A stretch of 64,000 nucleotides of DNA, taken from Octopus vulgaris. Its lineage: Eukaryota. This document shows positions 52,419 through 64,000 of the stretch, piece by piece. Under the pieces are notes generated by a model. The model did not search any database. It was given only the letters and a program-made list of their open reading frames with translations, and had not been told where the DNA came from. How positions within the stretch are numbered: the first letter of the stretch is position 1; every line of letters starts with the position of its first letter. The translations under genes were made by a program, and so were the position numbers. The stretch covers positions 41,602,001-41,666,000 of the forward strand of contig OX597836.1 of the NCBI GenBank assembly GCA_951406725.2, read 5' to 3'.

Positions 52419-53691
52419 ATGTATGCATGTATGTATGTATGTATGTATGTATGTATGTATGTATGTATGTATGCATGAATGTATGTATGTATGTGAGTGT
52501 GTGAATATGTGTATTATGTGTGTATGTATGTGAGTGTGAGAGTATGTGTATGTATGTGTGAATGTATGTATATATGTATCTATGTATGTATGTGTGTGTA
52601 TGTGTGTGAATGTGTGTGTATGTGTTTATATGTATGTATGTAAGTGCATCACTACTGTTATACATTTTCCAGGTGTGTTTTTTTACTTAAATACCACGTT
52701 TCTCATACTCACACAACAACCTCCTCGTTCTCCTCCTCCCCCTCGTTCTCTTCCTCCCTTTCGTTCTCTTCCTCCCTCTCGCTCTCCTCCCCCTCCCCAT
52801 CGGTCTCCTCCTCCTTCTCGTTCTCCTCCTCCCTCTCGTTCTCCTCTTCCTCCCCCACCTCCCCCACCTCCCCTCGTCCTCCTCCTCCCTCTCGTTCTCC
52901 TCTTCCCCCTGGTTCTACTTCTCCCCATCGTTCTCCTCCTCCTCTCGTTCTCTTCCTCCCCTCGTTCTCCTCCTCCCTCTCGTTCTCCTCCTCCCCCCGG
53001 TTCTTCTCCTATCCTCGTTACCCCCCGTTCTCCTCTTCCCCTTGTTCTCCTTCTCCCCTCCCCTCGTTCTCCTCCTCTTCTCTATTCCTTACTCCCACAT
53101 ACAATACGATTACACTTACACACTATACACCCCAACATCACACACCATCACCCTCCAATACTTGAACACTTCCACACGCCTACATACAACCCTGCCAGGA
53201 AACCACACGCACTTCATGTCACCACTCACATACACACCTCTCTCTATGTCCATCTCTGTACACAGATACCCTCCTATATATGCACACAACACCCCGCCTA
53301 CACCTTCACCCTTACCGCTCCCCCTGCTATAAAACCGCATTCCTATCTGGTCCTAACTTCTTAAATTTTTTTCTCCAACCATCTTTTGGCATTTAATCCC
53401 CTTATATTCTTCGTTTTCTTACTTCAGATGACGGACTATTGACCGAAACGTCAAAATTCTTTCCCTTCCCTTTAAGCATTAAGCTGATACGACTTGGTTA
53501 AACCTCCTCCCTTACATATCTTCTTTTTGTGCTCATTGCCTTCTTATATTATTGACAGCTTACGAACCACATGGTTCCGGGTTCAGTCCCACTGTGTAGC
53601 ACCTTGGGCAAGTGTCTTCTACTATAGCCTCGGGCCGACTAAAGCCTTGTGAGTGGATTTGGTAGACGGAATCTGAAAGAAGCCCGTCGTA

Positions 53692-53732
<41 letters not shown>

Positions 53733-53884
53733 TGATCAAAATAAAAATAAAAACATGAGGCAAAGGATTCAGCGGTACATATGTTTCGGGCCTTTATTAG
53801 ACAGATTTATAACAAAGCATAATGTGTGTCTGTGGCCTTCTTCAGCCGCGCACAACAGCTTCCACAAGGACATGTGTTACATCA

Positions 53885-53947
<63 letters not shown>

Positions 53948-54200
53948 ATATGTTTGTATGTCTGTGTTTGTCCCCCTAACATCGCTTGACAACCGATGCT
54001 GGTGTGTTTACGTCCACGTTACCTAGCGGTTCGGCAAAAGAGAACAATAGAATAAGTATTTAGCTTAAAAAGAATATGCTCTGGGGTCGATACTAGGCTT
54101 ACAAAGAATAAGTCCTGGGGTTTGATTTGCTCGACTGAAGGCTGTGCTCCAGCATGGCCACAGTCAAGTGACTGAAACAAGTAAAGGAGTAAAAGAGATG

Positions 54201-54254
<54 letters not shown>

Positions 54255-54255
54255 C

Positions 54256-54288
<33 letters not shown>

Positions 54289-54330
54289 TAGATAGATAGA
54301 TAGATAGATAGACAAACAGGTAGATAGAGG

Positions 54331-54368
<38 letters not shown>

Positions 54369-54373
54369 CAGAC

Positions 54374-54429
<56 letters not shown>

Positions 54430-54443
54430 GGATAGATATATAT

Positions 54444-54965
54444 GTTTCTTTATTAGCCACAAAGGGCTGCACACAGACAGGACAAAATTACAAGGTAGAG
54501 CTTTTCTTTTGGGGGTAAAAGAAGGGGGTTTGGTTTTCGATCAAAAGGGATCGTAAATGGAAAGAAAGAGGACAAAAAAAGGGAGGGATAAAATAAAATT
54601 TTAAAAAAAATGTCAATATGAAGTGTAAAGGGGAGGACAGGTGAGGTTTACCCGTGGAAAGAAAAGCCTACGGAAAAGACCACGGTAACCTCGGTCAATG
54701 AAGTCACATGTTATATTTCCATCTTTTTTTAAAACATTCACTTGACAAAACTTGCCTCTCTACTCTCACTTTCCTCTTCAAGTGATACTTGAAGAAGTTG
54801 AGAGATTGACCAGAGAGGAAAGTGTTTGTCTCCAATCCTTTCAGGCGCGTCCAACAGATACATTCTTTCGCCATAGCCACAAGTATGATAAAAATAGCTC
54901 TTCCTTCCCGTTTGAAGGAATGAGGCGTGACGATATTAACGATAGACTCGGCTGATAAACCGACA
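54444..54965 (-). mobile_element. L1/Tx1-type LINE 3' end in (AGAT)n
   Basis: ORF2-like C-terminus AKECICWTR..FFKYHLKRKVRVER..F.KRW, then a 3'UTR ending AATAAAGAAA. Confidence 0.7.
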
Positions 54966-54996
54966 CAGATAGATAGATAGATAGATAGATAGATAT

Positions 54997-55029
<33 letters not shown>

Positions 55030-55030
55030 C

Positions 55031-55089
<59 letters not shown>

Positions 55090-55807
55090 CAAACATACAT
55101 ACTATAAAATATGGTGAAGAGTGAGTTCAGGGGATTAGTGGGAAGTGTTGCGTGAGAGGAAAAAGGGTGGCAGGAGAAAGTGAGGCAGAGTGTATGTGTT
55201 GTGTAAAAGAGTAAGATGTGTGTAGGTGTGAGAAAGAAAGGTTTCGGTGGAAGGACGATACAGAAAATGATGAAGAGAGGTGGGCTGTCGAAGAAAACAA
55301 AGTTTGGGAGATGAATTAAAGCAAAACAAGAGATAACGAGGGGCAGCACGGGCTGTATAGTAATATATATACAGAAGGGAGAGAGAGAGAGAGAAAGAAG
55401 CAGAAAGAGTAAGGGAGTGTGGGGAGATGAAGACAAAGAGAGAAAGGGAGAGGAGGTAATGGAATGGTAAAAGAGGAAAGGGAGGCATTGGGAGACGATA
55501 AGCGCGTAGCTGGGAGTTGTGAGGTGGAGTTTGGGTAGGAGTCGTTCTCTGTAGAGTTGAGTGAAATACGAGTGGAGTGTAAGTAAGCTTAGTGAAGACA
55601 TATCCGTGAAAATCGGGCGTTGGTTCACTTCGGTGTTTGTTGGAGTAAAAGGAAATATATATATATCTACAGTATATATATATACTGGCAGACAACTTGT
55701 TTGACTAAGGACGACGGTAGGTCTAAGATATTTCTAATGTTGCTCTTATTTACTGTTGTGTGTGTGTGTATGTGTGTGTGTGTGTGTGTGTGTATGTTGT
55801 TTGTGTA

Positions 55808-55876
<69 letters not shown>

Positions 55877-57068
55877 AAGAGAGAGTATTTCTTTATTCAC
55901 CATAAGGTTGAGAAAAAGAGGGGACAATACGGGGACAGACAAAACAAACGTTGGGGTCAGGGTATCGAATGAGACGTGAGTTCGTATGTGTGTCGATTTT
56001 TTATCTTTTTACTGGTTTCAAATTGTTGGTTTCAATCGTGGCCATGCTGGGGCAAAAACCTTCAAGAATTTTAGCCGAACAAATCAACTCCGATACTTAA
56101 AGGGCGGCGAGCTGGCAGAATCGTTAGCACGCCGGGCGAAATGCTTTGTGCCGAGTTCAAATTCCGCCGAGGTCGACTTTGCCTTTCATCCTTTCGGTGT
56201 CGACAAATTAAGTACCAGTTACGCACTGGGGTCGATGTAATCGACTTAATCCGTTTGTCTGTCCTTGTTTGTCCCTTCTATGTTTAGCCCCATGTGGGTA
56301 ATAAAGGAATAGGTATTTCGTCTGCCGCCATATTCTGAGTTCAAATTCCGCCGAGGTCGACTTTGCCTTTCATCCTTTCGGGGTCGATTAAATAAGTACC
56401 AGTTACGCACTGGAGTCGATATAATCGACTTAATCCGTTTGTGTGTCCTTGTTTGTCCCTTCTGTGTTTAACCCCTTGTGGGTAATAAAGAAATAGGTAT
56501 TTCGTCTGCCGCTACGTTCTGAGTTCAAATTCCGCCGAGGTCGACTTTGCCTTTCATCCTTTCGGGGTCGATTAAATAAGTACCAGTTACGCACTGGAGT
56601 CGATATAATCGACTTGATCCGTTTGTGTGTCCTTGTTTGTCCCTTCTGTGTTTAACCCCTTGTGGGTAGTAAGGAAATAGGTACTTTTCTTTTAAGCCTC
56701 GTACATATGGTACTTACTTATTCTATCGCTTTCTTTTCCTGAACAGCTAAGTTAGTGAAACGTAAACACACCAGCACCGGTTGTCAAACGGTGAGTGGGG
56801 ATGCACGCGCACACACAAACACACACACACACACACATACACCACACACACAAACATTGACGATGGGCTTCTTTCAGTTTACGTCTACCATATCCATTCA
56901 GAAGGTTTTGGTCGGCCCGAGCCTATAGGTGTTACACAGTCGGACTGAACCCGGGACCATGTAGTTAGGAAGCAAATTTCTTTCCACACAGCCACACCTA
57001 TATAGAAAAGTAATGTGTGTGTATGTGTGTGTACATGGCTATATATATATATTATAATGAGGGATGCC

Positions 57069-57110
<42 letters not shown>

Positions 57111-58404
57111 CACATATGTATACGCATATTGCTGGCTCTCCTCTGCACCCCTCCCTTTCTGTACATGTCATACACACATGCACTCATATACATGCACATA
57201 TACACACATATTCATACACATGCAGGGCGGCAAGTTGGCAGAAACGTTAGCACGCCGGGCAAAATGCGTAGCCGTATTTCGTCTGCCGCTACGTTCGGAG
57301 TTCAAATTCCGCCGAGGTCGACTTTGCCTTTCATCCTTTCGGGGTCGATAAATTAAGTACCAGTTACGCACTGGGGTCGATGTAATTGACTTAATCCGTT
57401 TGTCTGTCCTTGTTTGTCCTATTTGTGTTTAGCCCTTGTGGCTAGTAAAGAAATAGGTATTTCGTTTGCCGCTACGTTCTGAGTTCAAATTCTGCGGAGG
57501 TCGACTTTGCTTTTCATCCTTTCGGGGTCGATATAATCGACTTAATCCATTTGTCTATCCTTGTTTTCCCCCTCTATGTTTAGCCCCTTGTGGGCAAAAA
57601 GAAAAAAGGAACAATTATAATTATGATTTAGTTATTCCTTATAAGGAATTATCGTCCTTGACCTCTGCATGTTACTCTCTTAGTCTGGTGAGATTAATGC
57701 GGTTGACGTCTCATTAGCATATCTGAAAGTCCGTCTTGTGCGTCTGTTGGCCAAAAATACGGGACGGGAAGATGGGGGTTGTTCAATCGGATTGTCATCG
57801 AAGCGGAGAATGAATGAATGACTGAATGAATGAATGACTGAATGGATATACAAAGGTCTGCTGAAAATTTTCTGGTTTTAGTTAAAAGAAAATTATTTTG
57901 GAAGCACTCCGTCGGTTACGACGACGAGGGTTCCGGTTGATCCGAATCAACGGAACAGCCTGCTCGTGAAATTAACGTGTAAGTGGCTGAGCACTCCACA
58001 GACACGTGTACCCTTAACGTAGTTCTCGGGGGATATTCAGCGTGACACAGAGAGTGACAAGGCCGGCCCCTTTGAAAAACAGGTACAACAGAAACAGGAA
58101 GTAAGAGTGAGAGAAAGTTGTGGTGAAAGAGTACAGCAGGGATCACCACCATCCACTGCCGGAGCCTCGTGGAGCTTTTAGGTGTTTTCGCTCAATAAAC
58201 ACTCACAACGCCCGGTCTGGGAATCGAAACCGCGATCCTACGACCGCGAGTCCGCTGCCCTAACCACTGGGCCATTGCGCCTCCACTTTAAAGAAAATAC
58301 AGGGAAATCAGTTATGATATTCCCCTCTCAGATTCACACACTTATTGCAGTGGTCCTTCAGTTTTTCTAAGCCCTGCAAAAGAACTCGGAATGTTGGCCT
58401 CCAA

Positions 58405-58452
<48 letters not shown>

Positions 58453-58459
58453 GTATATA

Positions 58460-58548
<89 letters not shown>

Positions 58549-58577
58549 GACCTAGTATAATTAACCAGTGTATATAA

Positions 58578-58796
58578 CAGTGCTTTTCAAACTTTTTGCT
58601 GGAGCGGAACCCCAAGGAAACATTCCACTGACTCGAGGAACCCCTGGGCAATAATTTAATAGTCTTATGCACACATGTCTGCACAGGAGAATTAAAAATT
58701 ACTGCCGATTTTAGCAGTTTTGTAACTTCTTGCGGAACCCCTGAACTGTACTGGTGGAACCCTAAGGTTCCGCGGAACCCTGGTTGAAAACCACTG
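58578..58796. mobile_element. hAT-type MITE
   Basis: TIRs CAGTGCTTTTCAA/TTGAAAACCACTG and an 8-bp TSD GTATATAA. Confidence 0.9.
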
Positions 58797-59741
58797 GTAT
58801 ATAATAACAAACCAACACTACGAGGAAGTGCTGAAAAATTGTTAGCTTTGGTTAAAAGAAAATACAGGAGGATCAGTTAATTATGATCTTGTATATATTT
58901 CCATCACAGATACACACATTTATAGGCGCAGGAGTGGCTGTGTGGTAAGTAGCTTGCTTACCAACCACATGGTCCCGGGTTCAGTCCCACTGCGTGGCAC
59001 CTTGGGCAAGTGTCTTCTACTATAGCCTCGGGCCAACCAAAGTCTTGTGAGTGGATTTGGTAGACGGAAACTGAAAGAAGCCCGTCGTATATATGTATAT
59101 ATATATATATATATATATGTGCGTGTGTGTTTGTGTGCCTGCGTTTGTCCTCCCAACATCGCTTGACAACCGATGCTGGTGTGCTTACGTCCCCGTAACT
59201 TAACGGTTCGGCAAAAGAGACCGATAGAATAAGTACTAGGCTTCCAAAGAATCAGTCCTGGGGTCGATTTGGTCGACTAAAGGCGGTGCTCCAGCATGGC
59301 CACAGTCAAATGACTGAAACAAGTAAAAAGAGAGTAAAGAGTGGTCATTGATTTTTTTAAGCTCTGCAACCCCCACCCCCGGAAGTTTGGCCCTCCAAGC
59401 AAGCCTTTCACAATACCCTTAAAACCAGGAACTTTTCAGCCCCCTCCCCCTTATAAAACATGTAATGATGTGTGTACGAGAGGAGGCTGGAATGCTCCTG
59501 GCCTTGGGTAATAGAAAATACTGGAATATCAGTTAATTATGGTTTTATTCAGTATGTTCCCCTCTCAGATTCACGACGCTTATTGCATCGGTCCTTCAGT
59601 TTTTTAAAGCCCTCTAAAAGAACTCGGAAGTTTGGGACCCCAACCAGGCCTTTCGCGACACCCTCCAAGCCAGGAACTTCTCAGTAGTCTCTCGTATGCT
59701 CCAGAATAAATAGCCACGCTTCATAGTCATGTTAGAGTACG

Positions 59742-59828
<87 letters not shown>

Positions 59829-60156
59829 TATCTTTATCTTATATTAAACTTTTAATACTTTTTGATAGTTAAAAAAAAAATTTAATAAAAAGAAAAATAT
59901 ATAAATAAAAAAATAAATAAATAATTAAATAAAATAATAATAAAAATATATATATATTTATAATTTATAATTTTAAATTATTAATTTAAATAATTTAAAA
60001 AAATTTTAACTTTAATTGAAATATTTTAATTGGATTTTTATATTTTATATTTTATATTTTTTATATATTTTTTAATTAATTTTATTTCTATGTATTGGCT
60101 TATGATTTTCACTGCTTGATTTGCCTAATAGTGGTTTTATCTCTAATTTAATATAA

Positions 60157-60218
<62 letters not shown>

Positions 60219-60248
60219 CATACATACATACATACATACATACATACT

Positions 60249-60283
<35 letters not shown>

Positions 60284-60647
60284 ATATATATATGTATACA
60301 TATATGTATATATATATATAAATTAAATTAGAGATAAAACCACTATTAGGCAACTCAAACATAAATTAAAAATCAAAAATTCAAAATTTCAAAATGTTAA
60401 AATTATAAATTTTAAATCTTAAATTTTATATTTTATATAAATATGTTATATTATATTAATTATAATTATATTATTTGTTATTTATGTATTGGTTTATGTC
60501 AATCACTGTTTTAGTTGATTAATAGTGGTTTTCTCTGTAATTTAATTTATATTTATACTGTGAAATTTGATTTAATCCTAAATCTAATTTTTCCCTGTAA
60601 GTTTGGATATACTCCCTAATCTGATTGCCTAGTCGGTCACGGTCACG

Positions 60648-60678
<31 letters not shown>

Positions 60679-62278
60679 GTATGTATATATATGTATATAT
60701 ATATATGCACACACGACGTAGTATAATTAACCAGAGTATATAGTTCCTGGCTTTGGGTAAAAGAAAATACAGGAGAATCAGTTAATTGTGATTTTATACA
60801 TATTTTCATTACACATTCACACACTTATTGCAGTGGTCCTTCAGTTTTTCTAAGCCCTGTAAAGGAACATGGTCGGTTGGGCCTCCAACCAGGCGTTTCG
60901 CGATACCTTTTAAAGCCAGGAACTTGACAGCATCTCCTCGATGAGGTAGAGGAGTGCTGAGGCACTGCAAGGGCGATGTGGTGAGCAAAGACAACGGTGT
61001 AAGGTGACCATATGTGAGATCGGCGTATATACAATTAGCAGAGAGGAGCAGAGACCGATGTAGTAGCGGTGACGAAGAACGGGAGGAGATATAACGCGTC
61101 AGTAAGCTAGGAGTTGTAATGTGTTGGTTGTAGAGTGCTAGTGGTAATGTATGGGTAGTAGTGTCTTGGTGGTACTGTGTTGGCAGGCATGTTTTGTGTA
61201 CTCTTAGTCGCCTTGTCCAAATGCACATATAGATAAACCCTTCTCGGGTCATATAGACCCACAAGGCTGGTTTACCGGTTTCTGCGCCGTACATGTAATC
61301 CGCCATGGATGGGACTCTGGTCGTCGCAGGATTACTCATTTTTGTCAGCTGAGTGGACTGGAGCAACGTGAAATGAAGTGTCTTGCTCAAGAACACAATG
61401 CATCGCCCGCTCCAGGAATCGAAGCAACAATCTTACAATCAGGAGTCCAACATCCCTAGCCACTGAGCCACTGTTTAATTACATGTCACTGGCTAATCAG
61501 TTATTTGTCTTCGTTCATTTTCATATCAACTATACAAATTATCCAGGCCATAAATTATTCTACTATTTCCTGTATGTGGAGGCGCAATGGCCCAGTGGTT
61601 AGGGCAGCGGACTCGCGGTCATAGGATCGCGGTTTCGATTCCCAGACTGGGCGTTGTGAGTGTTTATTCAGCGAAAACACCTAAAGCTCCACGAGATCCG
61701 GCAGGGGATGGTGGTGATCCCTGCTGTACTCTTTCACCACAACTTTTTCTCACTATTACTTCCTGTATCTGTTGTGCCTGTATTTCAAAGGGCCGGCCTT
61801 GTCACTCTCTGTGTCACGCTGAATCTCGCCGAGAACTACGCTAAGGGTACACGTGCCTGTGGAGGGCTCAGCCACTTGTATGTTAATTTCACGAGCAGGC
61901 TGTTCCGTTGATTCGGATCAACTGGAACCGTTATCGTCGTCGTAACCGACGGAGTGCTAACAACATTTCCTGGATGTAAAAGTTTTTCATCAGACATAGC
62001 AGGCCAACAGAAACACGCCACCACGACTATCAACGTTATGTCAAAATTCTTGGTTATCTCCCCTTCTCATTTGGAGTGGCTCCTAATTGCCACCAAGCGA
62101 TTGTACTACCTTCTCTGGAATTGGAGAAAGTTTTCATACATAAAGAATTTGAGGTGTTTAATGGAACCTTATTCGTTTTCATAGTTCAAATAGATGCCAA
62201 AGCCACTCTGAATTATATTACTTATCTCATTTTCGTTTTATATATATATATAACAACACAGGCGTGTACACACACACG

Positions 62279-62351
<73 letters not shown>

Positions 62352-62471
62352 GCACACACATATAGATGCATATCTACACATATATCTACCATGTAAATGT
62401 ATGCGGGCGTATATATATATATATACGCCCGCATACATTTACATGGTAGATATATGTGTAGATATATGTGT

Positions 62472-62540
<69 letters not shown>

Positions 62541-62643
62541 CATATGATTTAGTTTTAGGCCCCTCCCAAGCTACAACACACACATATATAAATATACATT
62601 TCTTCACACATTCACGTACTGCATACATACATACATACATACA

Positions 62644-62675
<32 letters not shown>

Positions 62676-62710
62676 CATACATACATACATATACATACAT
62701 ACATACATAC

Positions 62711-62751
<41 letters not shown>

Positions 62752-62836
62752 CATATATATATATATACATACATATATGTATATATATATATACACACAC
62801 ACATATATACATACTCATACATACATATATATACAC

Positions 62837-62890
<54 letters not shown>

Positions 62891-63271
62891 GTATGTATGT
62901 ATGTATATACACATCACGTCTGTCATCAAGTGATCACAGGATTGTTAAGTCAACAGTTATTTATCATAGTTCAGACAGTTGTTGTTTTCCCCTTTTATTT
63001 TTGTAGCTAATTTGGAGTCGCTGCTACTTGCCCAAATTCCTTTCTTGAGAATTCAAAACAAGACACCCCCTGCGGCATGATCTAATAACATTTGACTTCA
63101 ACGATCACGTGATAACTTGAAAAGAAACCGCAGCGTTCGCAATTTAACACAGCCATTATTATTAATAGTCATTCCTACTCTGAATCTACTGATGGATGCA
63201 GTGAACCGAAGACTTGATTGAATAAAACCTTGGCTCGGAAATGTAACCTCTGTTTACCCTCTATATAATTA

Positions 63272-63810
63272 TTGGGTTGTCCGGAAAGTTTGTGCCGATT
63301 TTTAAAGGAAAAAAAAGGTCAATAAATACTTGCCATTACATTTTTAATCAACCAAATATGAACCATTTTGTTGCATAATGCGTCTCCATCTTTCCTTTAA
63401 CTTGAAAATACCCTCTTCCCAGAATTGAGGTGGTTTCATGGCAAAGAATTCATCAAGGTATCTTTTTACGTCATCCAAGGAATTGAAATTTTTACCATTA
63501 GGACTATTCTGCAGAGACCTGAATAAGTGGAAATCCGATGGAGCAATATCTGGTGAATATGTAGGGGGGGGTAGGTAACACATCCCAGCCGAGCATCAAG
63601 TGCCGAAAATGAACTTTCTTATCTTCCATTTTAAAGGGTTACAAAATTAACACAGGTTATAGGAACATAAACCTTCTTCCACGAAAAGATAGCTTAAACT
63701 TTGCTCTAAATGGAGGTGGAGTCAAATCCTATTTTATGGACTCAACCATGTTCTAAAATAAGTCGAAAGGTAAGCTACTATAAATCGGCACGAACTTTCC
63801 GGACAAACTA

Positions 63811-63811
<1 letters not shown>
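63272..63811 (-). mobile_element. Internally deleted mariner
   Basis: ~30-bp TIRs flanked by TA. ORF contains YSPDIAPSDFHLF..GI.KL.ERW. Confidence 0.92.
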
Positions 63812-63856
<45 letters not shown>

Positions 63857-64000
63857 GTGTGTGTGTGCGCACGCGCGCGCGTGTGTGTGTGTGCATGCGC
63901 GTACATATACACACATACACATATACATATCTCTCTTATTTCTCTTACTTGTTTCAGTCATTTGACTGCGGCCATGCTGGAGCACCGGCTTTTAGTCGAG

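Noticed and set aside
61576-61660. tRNA genes
   Set aside because: The A/B-box sequences are multi-copy SINE heads without a full cloverleaf.

Overview
Repeat-saturated eukaryotic DNA with no convincing host protein-coding exon. The tRNA-SINE families, the density of (TA)n/(CATA)n/(AAT)n microsatellites and the LINE types suggest an octopus genome (inference). Almost every ORF in the supplied track is a microsatellite artefact. The real coding remnants are all transposon-derived: a near-full-length RTE-type LINE, two R4/Dong-type LINE 3' halves within (AAT)n, Penelope GIY-YIG relics, mariner relics, L1/Tx1 and CR1 3' ends, and an ORF1-only HAL1-like element. The most striking signal is a set of hammerhead ribozyme (HHR) elements folded by eye. 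(1) A very young 360-bp tandem-plus-inverted element in (TA)n at 8646-9764 carries three near-canonical type I HHRs and looks like a retrozyme that would release a 360-nt RNA able to circularise. (2) More than a dozen minimal or variant HHR motifs lie in short Penelope-type remnants, several of them palindromic. (3) A tRNA-SINE-headed, RT-less GIY-YIG + HHR element lies at 30535-31787. Coordinates were read by eye and some ends are approximate. No database searches or folding programs were run.
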